This document shows positions 35,940 to 48,700 of a stretch of DNA of 64,000 nucleotides, one piece after another (position 1 is the first letter of the stretch; the number at the start of each line of letters is the position of its first letter). The translations under genes were made by a program, and so were the position numbers. Under the pieces are notes generated by a model, which ran no database searches, was not told the DNA's origin, and saw only the letters and a program-made list of their open reading frames with translations. The stretch comes from Mustelus asterias. Taxonomy: Eukaryota. The stretch spans positions 103,044,001 to 103,108,000 of the forward strand of contig NC_135812.1 of assembly GCF_964213995.1 (NCBI RefSeq). The letters are read 5' to 3'.

Positions 35940-36745
35940 TGAAGGTGGGGAAGGAGAGCTGCGCTGCTTGTGGCTCGGACGGAGAGCGGTGCGTGTGTGT
36001 GAGGAAGCCGGTTGGAAGCTGCAGCCAAAATGCCGGTTCCTTGTCCGCCTTTAGTCAAAGCCGGCAAAGAGCGAGCCCGGAACTCATTCCCCCGTATCCC
36101 TCCGCAATTCAAAAACTACGTCGCTCCAACTCTGACCCAAATACCCCTCCCTTCCCCCACCCCCTTCCCCTTGCTTGTCGCTTCAACTCCTATGCGCCCT
36201 CAACCGCCACCCACCCTTGGCAAAACATTCGATCCTTTCCCCTCGCTCCGCGGGATGCTTTTTTAAAACGCCTTTCGCCGCCCCCATCTTGGATTGGATC
36301 GGACCTACTTGGTCTCGCTGAGGGCTACAGGTGAGCGAAGAGTGGCCCTTTCTTCCCCTTGACGACCGGGTGACGTCAATCAAACGGCAAGAGAGGAAAA
36401 TAAATAGATAATGATTAAAGAATGCTTATTCCCGGTGAATGTTGGTTAAAGATGGAAAATGTACGCGATCTTTTTTTAAAAAAAAATGAAAAACAAATAA
36501 AGGCTTTCGGGCGGGGCTCGGGGTTGTGACGCAGTTCCGCGGGCGGGCGGTTGGTGACCTCACGGCGGGAGCCGGTTTAAATGTACAGGGCCGAGTGGCC
36601 ATGGGAGTGGGCTGGCAGCAAGATGGGGGGGGGTTAGTGTAATGTGAGGAAGTGGCATTTTATTTAATTTAGAAAAGCACCTCCGGCTGCTCTTCATTCC
36701 GTCGAAGGAGGGGAGATTCGCGCCGCTTGCACTCGGTGTGACAGG
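35940..36745. promoter_or_regulatory. CpG-rich bidirectional promoter and 5' UTR region of DDX5 and CEP95
   Basis: Divergent start codons about 0.8 kb apart; palindromic CRE TGACGTCA at 36371-36378; ATTGG near 36293; GGGCGG boxes near 36508 and 36541. Confidence 0.75.
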
Positions 36746-36767
36746 ATGGAGATGCAGGACGAGAGAG
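36746..36767 (+). CDS. CEP95: CEP95 first coding exon (MEMQDER)
   Basis: ATG at 36746; donor AG|GTCGGT; phase 1 joins exon 2. Confidence 0.65.
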
Positions 36768-39700
36768 GTCGGTTCATGTTGACTTGTCTTCAGCTGTAGG
36801 CCAGCAGTCAGACTGGACAACTTTCCCAACAAACTTTCCCAGTGATTTCTTTTTTTTAAAAATACCCCTGGAGAAAGGGCTGTCTTTCCTGAGCCGTGGT
36901 GAATTACTTGACAAGACAGCTGCCGTGACTTTTCGTATTTATTTTTTTGTTTCAATGGTTTGTTGAGTTATGTCAACCAGGAAATGTTTTTTGCTTATTT
37001 GATTTTTTTGCTTGCGCTCTCTCTCTCCCTATCAGCTGTCTCTCTCTCTCCGCTCTCAACTGTCTTGTCAAGTAATTAGCCATGGCCCATGAAGGACCAA
37101 AGGCAAGCCCTTTCTCCATTTTAAAGAGAGACAATTTGATCATGTATAATTTGATGAGACATCACTCCTTAAAGTGTAGGGCAAGGCGAGGCCATAAATA
37201 TACCACAACTGATATAGGGATTGGCACGGTTGGCGTCATTCTGCATGACACTCCAGCCAACTGAGCAAACTAAGTGTCAAGGCAACCAGGCACTTGTTTG
37301 GAGACGTCGGTTGGAGCGGTTAAAATAATGGGTGGGGAGGTTCTCGCCCAGCACACTGTTAATTAAAATTGATTGTCAGTCTAATGCTGTAGGTGACAAT
37401 TCACTGTATGTGTTCATTTCGATGCTAGTTTTTGCTGTCCAGCCACCACCACCACCACCCCCCCCCCTTCTGTAGTTTTACTGTGGTTTATGGGATTAAT
37501 GTGATGTCAATATCATTTTTCGAAGCTTTCTAGACATTAAACATGTTGAAATGGAGCCTCTACTGGTTTCGCCCCCTCCTGAGGCGAAGTACTCCGCCTT
37601 TCTGTGTTGTCGAATCGAAAGTGCTGATGCTTTGTGGCGCAGCATATTCTAGCCAGGCTGTGTTCTCCAAGATTCTTTCCAATTTGCTGTAATGTCTTCG
37701 TGTGAAATGTTGAACCTTGGGGATAGGTGTATTATCCAGGTCTTCTGGATTAAAATTCACTTGTACTCTAACAACATTTGTATTTCATGTGAGTAGTATA
37801 ACTATTGTATGTTTGTAACGTTTGGTAAAGTGTGCCTTGCAGTTGTCAATATTGGATTTTTTTGTTAGATAAAGTGCTTTAAGAACATATTGCTTAACTA
37901 ATACCCAGATGGTAAATCAGCTAAATATTATCATAAATAATTCTCCAATTCTCCTGTATAGTGAGTGACTCCTGCACCAAAAAGCCAACATATTTTTGTC
38001 TACTAGTCTAATACATAATTAAAATAAAGTACATCTAACATCTGTGAACTTTGCGGCTTGCAAATATTGATCAAGTAACATGTTGCTAAAACAAAGCTCC
38101 TTGGTAGATTCTCCTATTGCTTTTGTATCACATGGAATGAATGCTACCTGTTAACTGTGCTAATTTGTTTTCTGCTTTGGAACAGTGGATGGGGATGAGG
38201 TTGCCTTATCACCTGTTTTGCCCCTGGGGGGCATTTGATAAGTTGCTACACCAAAGGTTAACAAACAAAACAAGATAAGGGCTCATAGAGTTTGGGATAA
38301 TATATTAGCATGGATAGAAAGCAAGGAGTGGGCATAAATGGGGCCTTTTCCAGTTGGCAAACAGTTAATAGTGGAGTGCTGCAAGAATTAGTGCTAGGCC
38401 TCAGCTATTTACAATCTATATTAATGACAGATAAAGAAAGTTTGCTGATACCAAGCTGGGCAGGAAAGTAAGCTGTGAGGAGAACACAGAGGCTGCAAAG
38501 AGATAGAACCATAGAAAATTACAGCTCAGAAACAGGCCTTTTGGCCCTTCTTGTCTGTGCCGAACCATTTTATGCCTAGTCCCACTGACCTGCACTTGGA
38601 CCATATCCCTCCACACCCCTCTCATCCATGAACCCGTCCAAGTTTTTCTTAAATGTTAAAAGTGACCCCGCATTTACCACTTTATCCGGCAGCTCATTCC
38701 ACACTCCCACCACTCTCTGCGTGAAGAAGCCCCCCCTAATATTCCCTTTAAACTTTTCTCCTTTCACCCTTAACCCATGCCCTCTGGTTTTTTTCTCCCC
38801 TAGCCTCAGCAGAAAAAGCCTGCTTGCATTCACTCTATCTATACCCATCAAAATCTTATACACCTCTATCAAATCTCCCCTCAATCTTCTACGCTCCAAG
38901 GAATAAAGTCCCAACCTATTCAATCTCTCTCTGTAACTCAGCTTCTCAAGTCCCGGCAACATCCTTGTGAACCTTCTCTGCACTCTTTCAATCTTATTTA
39001 CATCCTTCCTGTAACTAGGTGACCAAAACTGTACACAATACTCCAAATTCGGCCTCACCAATGCCTTATATAACCTTACCATAACACTCCTCCAACTTTT
39101 ATACTCGATACTCCGATTTATAAAGGCCAATGTACCAAAGGCACTCTTTACGACCCTATCCACCTGAGACGTCACTTTTAGGGAATTCTGTACCTGTATT
39201 CCCAGATCCCTCTGTTCAACTGCACTCTTCAGAGTCCTACCATTTACCCTGTACGTTCTTCTTTGGTTTGTCCTTCCAAAGTGCAATATCTCACACTTGT
39301 CTGCGTTAAATTCCATTTGCCATTTTTCAGCCCATTTTTCTAGTTGGTCCAAATCCCTCTGCAAGCTTTGAAAACCTTCCTCACTGTCCACTACACCTCC
39401 AATCTTTGTATCATCAGCAAACTTGCTGATCCAATTGACCACATTATCATCCAGATCATTGATATAGATGACAAACAACAATGGACCCAACACCGATCCC
39501 TGCGGCACACCACTAGTCACAGGCCTCCACTCAAGAGAAGCAATCCTCCACAACCACTCTCTGGCTTCTTCCATTGAGCCAGTGTCTTATCCAATTTACT
39601 ACCTCCCCATGTATACCTAGCGACTGAACCTTCCTAACTAACCTCCCATGAGGGACCTTGTCAAAGGCCTTGCTGAAATCCAGGTAGACAACATCAACCG

Positions 39701-42700
39701 CCTTCCCTTCATCCAATTTCCTGGTAACCTCCTCGAAAAACTCTAATAGATTGGTCAAACATGACCTACCACGCACAAAGCCATGTTGACTCTCCCTAAT
39801 AAGTCCCTGTCTATCCAAATATTTGTAGATCCTATCCCTTATCACACCTTCCAATAACTTGCCCACCACCGACGTCAAACTTACTGGCCGATAATTTCCC
39901 GGATTTCTTTTGGAACCTTTTTTAAACAACGGAACAACATGAGCCACCCTCCAATCATCCGGCACCTCCCCCGTGAATACTGACATTTTAAATATGTCTG
40001 CCAGGGCCCCTGCAAGTTCAACACTAGCTTCCCTCAAGGTCCGTGGGAATACCCTGTCCTAGGCAACAAGATGACAAGTGGATTATAATGTAGTGAAGTT
40101 ATTCACTTTGGTTATTGGAATAGAAAAGCAGAATATTTTTTTAAAAGGTGTGAGTGAAATTTATAGATATTGATGTCCAAAGAGATTTTAGTATGCTTTT
40201 ACAGGAATGCAGAAAGTAAGCATGCTGTTACAGCAGGCAATTAGGAAGGCAAGTAGCATGTACACCTTATACACCTATGACTGTGCGCCCAAATTCCCCT
40301 CAATTCGATTTTCAAGTTTGCTGATGACACCACCATAGTGGGACCGAGTACAGGAATGAGATAGAGAATCTGGTGAACTGGTGCGGCAACAATAATCTCT
40401 CCCTCAATGTCAACAAAATGAAGGAGATGACCAATGCCTCTACTTTCTCAAAAGACTAGGGTAATTTGGCATGTCAGCTACGACTCTCTCCAAATTTTAC
40501 AGATGCACCATGGAAAGCATTCTTTTCTGGTTGTATCACAGCTTGATATGGCTCCTGCTCTGCCCAAGACCGCAAGGAACTACAAACGGTCGTGAATGTA
40601 GCCCAATCCATCATGCGAACCAGGCTCCCATCCATTGACTCTGACTACACTTCCTGCTATCTTGGCAAAGCAACCAGCATAATTAAGGATGCCACGCACC
40701 CCGGACATTCTCTCTTCCACCTTCTTCCTTTGGGAAAAAGATACAAAAGTCTGAGGTCATGTACCAACCGACTCGAACAGCTTCTTCCCTTCTGCCATCA
40801 GACTTTTTGAATGGACTTGCCTTGCATTAAGTTGATCTTTCTCTACACCCTAGCTATGACTGTAACACTACATTCTGCACTCCCTCCTTTCCTTCTCTAT
40901 GAACGGTATGTTTTGTCTGTATAGCACGCAAGAAACAATACTTTTCACTATATGTTAATACATGTGACGAAGTGAATCAAATCAAAGCACCGTTGGCCTT
41001 TATTGCAAGTGGATTGCTATACAAGAATAAAAGCATTGTTGCAATTGTGCAGGGTTTTGGTCAGACTAGGGCTGGAATACTTTGAGCAGTTTTGGATCTC
41101 CACATTTAAGAAATGATGTGGAGATGCTGGCATTGGATTGGGGTGGGCACAGTACAAAGAACAAAGAAAATTACAGCACAGGAATAGGCCCTTTGGCCTT
41201 CCAAGCCTGCACTGATCATGCTGCCCGACTTAACTAAAACCCCCTACCCTTCTGGGGACCATATCCTTCTATTCCCATCCTATTCATGTATTTGTCAAGA
41301 CGCTCCTTAAAAGTCACTATTGTATCCGCTTCCACTACCTCCTCCGACAGCGAATTCCAGGCACCCACCACCCTCTGTGTAAAAAAAAAAAAAACTTGTC
41401 TCGTACATACATCTCCTTTCAAACTTTGCCCCCCACACCTTAAACCTATGCCCTCTGGTAATTGACTCTTCCTCCCTGGGGAAAAAACTTCTGACTATCC
41501 ATTCTGTCCATGCCTCTCAATCTTGTAGACTTTTATCAGGTCGCCCCTCAACCTCCGCCGTTCCAGTGAGAACAAACTAAGTTTCTCTAACCTCTCCTGA
41601 TAGCTAATGCCCTCCATACCAAGCAACATCCTGGTAAATCTTTTCTGTACCCTCTCCAAAGCCTCCACATCCTTCTGGTAGTGTGGCGACCAGAATTGAA
41701 CACTATATTCCAAGTGATTAAGGTTCTACAAAGCTGCAACATGACTTGCCAATTTTTAAATTCAATACCCCGGCCAATGAAGGCAAGCATGTCATATGCC
41801 TTCTTGACTACCTTCTCCACCTGCATTGCCACTTTCAGTGACCTGTGTACCTGTACATCCAGATCCCTCTGCGCATCAATACTCTTAAGGGTTCTGCCAT
41901 TTACTGTATATTTCCTATCTGTATTAGACCTTCCAAAATGCATTACCTCACATTTGTCCGGATTAAACGCCATTTCTCTGCCCAAGTCTCCAACCGATCT
42001 ATATCCTCTGGTCCTCATCACTATCCACAAATCCACCAACCTTTGTGTTGTGTGCAAACTTACTAATCAAACCAGTTACATTTTCCTCTAAATCATATAT
42101 ATAAAACCAACACAGGTCCCAGTACTGATCCCTGAGGAACGCCACTTGTCACAGCCCTCCATTCAGAAACGCACCCTTCCATTGTTACCCTCTGTCTTCT
42201 TTGACCAAGCCAGCTTTGTATCCACCTTGCCAGCTCACCTCTGATCCCATGCGACTTCACCTCCTGCACCAGTCTGCCAAGAGGGACCTTGTCAAAGACC
42301 TTACTGAACTCATCTAGACAACATCTCTTGCCCGAGTAAAAAGTCTCCCAACACGAGGTTAAAACCCAACAGGTTTATTTGGAATCATAGGCTTACGGAG
42401 CGCTGCTCCTTCCTCAGGTGGGTTCACAAATGTGGCATATATAGACAGAAACACAATTGCAAGATAATGGTTGGAATGTGAGTCTTTACAGGTACAGACA
42501 ATGCAAGTGGAGAGAAGGATAATCACAGGTTAAAGAGGTGTGAATTGTCTCAAGCTAGGACAATTAGTAGGATTTTGCAAGCCCAGGCCAAATGGTGGGA
42601 GTTGCATGTAGTGTGACATGAATCCAAGATCCCGGTTGAGGCCATCCTCATGCGTGCAGAATTAGCTATCAGTTTCTGCTCGGCGATTCTGTGTTGTCGT

Positions 42701-45700
42701 GTGTCTTGAAGGCTGCCTTGGAGAACACATACCCGAAGATCGGAGGCTGAATGCCCTTGACTGCTGGAGTGTGGGAATGGTCTTGGTGAGATGTTCATCT
42801 TCATCAATGATATGTTGAAGCCTCTGAAGAAGATGTCGTAGTTTCTCCATTCGGGGAAGTACTGAATGACAAAGGGTACTCTGGTCATGTCCTGTGTTTT
42901 GTCTTCTGAGGAGGTCCATGCGGTTTTTTTTTGCTGTGGTGCATTGGAACTGTCAATCGATGAGTCAAGCGCCATAACCCGTTCTTACGAGGGTGTCTTT
43001 CAGTGTTGTGTTCCTCATCTGAGTAGAAATATTTAAGAAAGTATACTTGCATTAGAGAGTACAGAGAAGATTGACTAAATTGGTCCTGAGATAAAGGTGT
43101 TGTCCTATAGTGATACCTAAAGTAAATTGGACTTGTGTTCTCCAGACACACAAACAGAAAATGCTGGAAAATCTCAGCGGGTCTGCCCGCATCTGTGGGG
43201 AGAGAATAGAGCCAATGTTTCAAGTCTAGACCACCCTTTGTCAGAGATGAGAGCCTCCAGAATTAGAATGAGGGGCACTCTCATTGAACCCTATAAAATA
43301 CTGAAGGGGCTTGATGGAGTAAACACAGTTTGTACTTGCTGGCCAGGGAGTCTGGCCAATTAGGACTGAGTGGATTATCATACCAGGGCATGGAGTCCTC
43401 TCTTAGGCAGAAAACGTAGGGACTGGGGTAACCAGTGGGCTGCTTTAGGGCATCTGGGGGGGGGGGGGGGGGGGGGGAGATAGTGGCTGCTAGCCTCTGT
43501 ACAATTTTTCCATGTTAATAAATAACTTTCGTGTCTCTGACATAGTCTGTGAGCATGCATCATTACATTGGTGATGAGATGGAATATGACCTGTGGCCTG
43601 ACACATGAATATCCTGCTTTAATAGAAGTCTGAAGAAAAAAGATACTCTCCTGAATGCCTGTCTTTGGACGATCAGACCCAGTGAGATGTTGAGATACTG
43701 TCAGACCTTGAGGGGCAGATGTGAAACAAACCTGGATTGGATCAGTCAAAAATTTATAAATATAAAGGGGGAAAAAATAAAGAGAAGATTCCATTTCTGA
43801 TATGGCCAGTCAGAACATGATGAATTCACCTCCAAAGGAACACAGAAATTAAAGACTTCAAAAGAAACTGGGAACTATTAAACCTAGAGGAATCAGCAAA
43901 AATAATTAAAGCTTTAGGGGAGACATGAGAAAATAAGAACAAGTCCAGTGAAGAATTGAATCAGGAGAATAAGAGCTTGAAGAAGGAGGCTTGTCAATGA
44001 GAAATTAACTGAAGAGGTTAAAACATCGAAATTGACAGCAGAATCGGCAATTCCGTGCTTGATCAAGATTGCTGAAATGGTCACGTGAATGGAACAGTTG
44101 CAAGCTTGCATGGAAGAGCTCGAAGCAGGACCATATTTGGGACTGTACACAGTGTTTATGTTTGGACACAAGACCTCATCAATGAGCCATCACTACTGTA
44201 GCAATAAAAATCCAATATTCAAGTAGTGGATCAAGTTAGATATCTAGAATTATTGTCTGAGAAGCTTGCAGATCTTTGTGCTGGTAAATAACTGCTGGTA
44301 AATTGCTTGGCTTTATCTAATTGAAACCCAGAAATATCTTGTGGGGAAGACTTACAAACTGTCAATGCCACCAACCCCACTTATTTGGGCTTCAGTTATG
44401 TTCTCTTTGGGCATTTGAGGTTTTAGTCTCTCAATATGGGACAAACTGAAACTCTGAATTATCATCATGTGTTTGGTTTGAAGCATAGCATGAGGCTTTT
44501 GAATATGTCCAAGATCAGTCTGGATAGAAAAGTAAAACTGAGTTACTGTTGTTATATTTGTATGCATTTGAATAATGGGTCACCAGGCATTGTTTACACT
44601 TTTTTTTTTGTTTAAAGAACATGGAAATATAGTTTATAGCTTGATGTCAGTTGTTGATGTTTATAAGTGTTTGATTTCTTACGAAGCAGTGGATGAGTAT
44701 AAAGATGTGCTTCAGAGGCTGTCAATCATTTTAAAATTTTACAAAGGTACTCTTATTTCCTGGTCTGAAATCACTTGGTCCAGTGAACTATTTATTCTTA
44801 TGGGAAATTATACATACCATTTTGTTGTCTACAGGTTTGCTTACCATGACTAATTTGCTCTTTTTGTTCTTTAGATTGGATTATTGTTGCCAATAATCTT
44901 CTTCGCAAGTGCCACATTAATCAGAGGGTAACAAAGCTCTGTGAATGTGACGCAGGTGTATTTATTGCCCTTTATGAAGCTATTCTTGGTGAAAAGGTCC
45001 CAGGTAAGTGAGTCAAAACTGATCATTTGTAATAAAGAAACCCTGCTCAATACCGTAATAGTTTCAAGGGTTTGACATGTTATGCTGCTATGTTTAATGA
45101 GAAAATTTACATGTAAAATTTTAATCTGTTACAGATTACATAGATACTCCCAAAAGTCAGGAAGACGATGCCCATAACGTGCAGGCAGTGATAGATTCAT
45201 TGGCTTTGGACTACTTGCAAATCAGTTTGTCGCACATAACTGGTCAGTATGAAAAAGGCAACTTTATGTCTCAAAATGAAAAATTTGTTTTGAAACAATA
45301 ATTGACACAGCTTCAATTATATACAGAGATTGGGTGATTCATGTTATGTTGAAGTGTAAAGGCTGTGGGTGTTCAGAATTTGATTCTAGAGTTGATTTTA
45401 TTTTTAATGTATACCATTCGTGGCGACACAAACAAAATGTGCAAGGTTCTGCTTGCGCAATTGCTTCCAAGTAATGTTTGTGAAATCCAGCATGCTTGCT
45501 GAGAAAAGCGTACATAACAATATAACTTCAGAGTGACACTGAAAAGTCATTTGCCTAAATTGGTGCTTTTTTTCCCCTCCCCCTTTCTCTCTTCTTGCCC
45601 AGGAGAAAATATTATTCAGAATGACAAAGAAAGTATACGGAATCTGTTGGAAATCTTTGATGGTTTGCTAGAATATCTTACAGAACAGATAAGTGAGGCT

Positions 45701-48700
45701 TCATCCCAGCATGGTAAGTAATTTTTTTTATAAACCGGAGCAGAACAATAAGCTTCTTAGTTTGACTAATCTTTGGAATGATTCATTTTAATCGCTAACT
45801 AGTTGTCACAATCTGTATATAACTTTAAAATGAAACACTGATCTGAACCTTGGCCTGCTGAAGTACTTTCTGTAACTGCCCTCCCTGACATGGGTATATG
45901 CAGTGCAGCAGTTTAGGAAGGCAACTCACCAGTACCTTAAGGGCAATTGACGATGAGCAATAAATGTTGGCCTAGTAAGCACTGCCCACATTCCATGAAT
46001 GAACTTATAAAAAAATGGGTTCTGCAAACTATTTTAGTGTTTGATGGATTTAAATTTTTTTTTACCAGACACTGATCTTTACTTGGGACACAAATGGGCA
46101 CGTTAATTCCCAATGGCTTTCCTGTTTTTTTGTATAACACAGCAGGTGGGGTGGGGGCTTAGAGTTTGAAGTCAGCTAAATGATAATTAAGGTCATTAAT
46201 GACTCAATTGACAACTGATAGGAGAATCTTTGGTCACTGTGACACTAATGAGAACTGTGTAAATGGTGATTGGATGTAGGAGATGGGGTCCCCATCAGAA
46301 GTTCCCTGAGGGGTGCTTCCAGCTGGCAGCTGATACTGCTCATCCTCTGCCTCATTCCTACCAACCAGTAAGGGCACAGGATGTGGCTCTGGGCCCAAGC
46401 TGGCAGTTCCCTCATGCTCTGGGCTCAAACCCAGGGCAAAGGTGTGGCAGGTTGGTGCACATAGCGATGATTGTGTCTACAATGTGCTCAGTTTGACCTT
46501 CTAGGACAGTCAGTAGTCTATGGAGGGAGCTTGGTGCCTCCAAAGAGTGGGTGTTCATACCATATATGGACACCTCTACAGTCCAAAGTATGAAATCCCT
46601 ATGGTATACCTACCAAATCATCTTGGACTTTGCACTTGATATGGTGACAGTACTGTGGCCTAAGAAATGTATTTTAATCTGTTTCTGCAGTTTTTGGCAA
46701 TTTGTCAGCACCGTGTTGTCTGCACCTGGTGTCCTTATTGTTGCTGAGGCACTATAATTGCTATCATGTTTTTAATCTGGACTAATGTAATGTTTCTGTT
46801 TAATGGTCCCTTCGGATTGCAAAGTAGAGCTTGATTAGGGGGTGATTGACAGGGTGTGTGGTTAGAGACAGCTATGCTTCACAGAAAAGTCCAATTTTTA
46901 GTTTCGCTTTTCCGTAGTAGCTTGAAATGGAGAGAAGCAACAGTGCTTTTTCCCCCTCTTGGAGTTGGAGTTTCTGTTCTGTGTGGCTGTTTTTGGAAGC
47001 TGCCCAAGATTAAAGTTTACCTCCGAAGTTTGGCTGTTTTGAAGTTACCCTTCTCTGCAGACAGCTGGCCTGGATTTCTGTCCAGAGGTGTTACAAAGCT
47101 GAAGATCCAGCATCATGTGAGCATACTTGCTTTCTGTCCCAAGTCTGAAGAAGGGTGTGTTTGTGGAAAGATGTTTATCTTGGAATAATAGAGTTAGCTA
47201 GCTGTTAGGAGTTATACTGTCATGCTAAAGTCTTGTAATTGGTAAAAGTTATGCTAATTCTTTTTGTTATAGCTTAAACTTTGATAAAAGATTCCTCGTG
47301 GGTCATTTGAATCATACCTGGAATGAAACACCTTATGACCACCTATGCCAAAATCAAACATAAAACTTAGGGTCTAGGTTAACTTCACAAAACCCCTTGG
47401 AGTTTCTGACCATGTCTTGATAATATCCAGCATCTGACTCCGGATCATTCTGACTGTTCCACCACCCTCTTCACATGGCAGTGTGAAGCGCCCTCACCAG
47501 TCTGTACATGTTCCCTGTCCGACGCATACATCCCTGATGTGGTGACAGTATCTCTGATGGTGCTTGGTGCAGAGAGGATGTGATGCTGCATCCTTGGAGG
47601 GTTCTTCTTCCCCTTAGAGGGGAGTGGTAGCATGGCATCTGGAGGAGGATGATCTGAAGACACTTCTATGACAAAGAGATGCAAGTAAAGGAGTTATTGG
47701 GACCTTGCCACATCAGTGCTATGACAATAACAACTGTCTCATTTGCTATTGTGATAGTAACCTTGTTCTGTCACACGGGCACATGCTCTCCACAACCTTG
47801 TTCATTCTAACATGAGAGATGGAACTCTGCAGACACAGTGCACACTTAAATGAGCTTATCAGGGATTCGATGTTTAACTATATTATCAAGCTTCATTGAA
47901 TCATGCTGACCTTCCGTTAATCTTCCACTTGTCCTGTCCCTTTTCTATCTGATTTGAGCCTTTTGTCATCTCAACAGACTCAGGCATTCCTCCAATTTTG
48001 CCTATAGTCCTGGAGAACTCTGTCCATGAGTGTCAGCATCCCCTTCTCAAAAGGACTCCATACGACCAGGTTTGGAATTTCCCCGCATGTAAGGGTTTGC
48101 TCGTGGCCTCACTTTTTAAAAAAGATGTAAGGGTGCACTCAGTAACAATTTCAGCTTATTTAATGGCATGCCACCTACCCTGTATTGGCAAAGTGCATGT
48201 CATTCTGGAGGTTGTGCTCATCCATCTTATGTACATTCTGGCACGCACCCACCTTACAACTTGACCAAAGCTTTAAAAATGTAATGACATAATTGTGTCC
48301 TTGTTGCATCATGCTGCTTTTGAGGTACAGCAAAATTAACTTTTGTCCTCCAATCGCAGGAACATCCTGTAGCACACTGGCACAAGATTATTCATACCGA
48401 GGGTTTGTACAGCTTAGCCACTCCCATGAAGTCATTAGGCCTATTTTGGCATTAGGACCATGTCCTCCTGATGAGTAGTAGTAGTCTTCTTACTGTGCTT
48501 ACCCCAGTCCAACGCTGGCATCTCCACCTCCTGATGAGCCCGATACTGTTGACCTCCTTGGCCAGTTCCTCCCAGGCTGCATGTGTCTGACTTGTCTTCC
48601 TCCTCTTCCCAGGGTTAGGCATAATCTGTTGATATTGGTCAGAGACTGCATGTAGGAGGGCTTCAAGTGAGTCCTTGTTGAATCTCTACGGGCTGTTTTT

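Noticed and set aside
43456-43477. 22-G homopolymer (also C-runs near 6032 and 61034) as functional G-quadruplex
   Set aside because: Simple intronic homopolymers with no supporting context; lengths may be affected by sequencing error.
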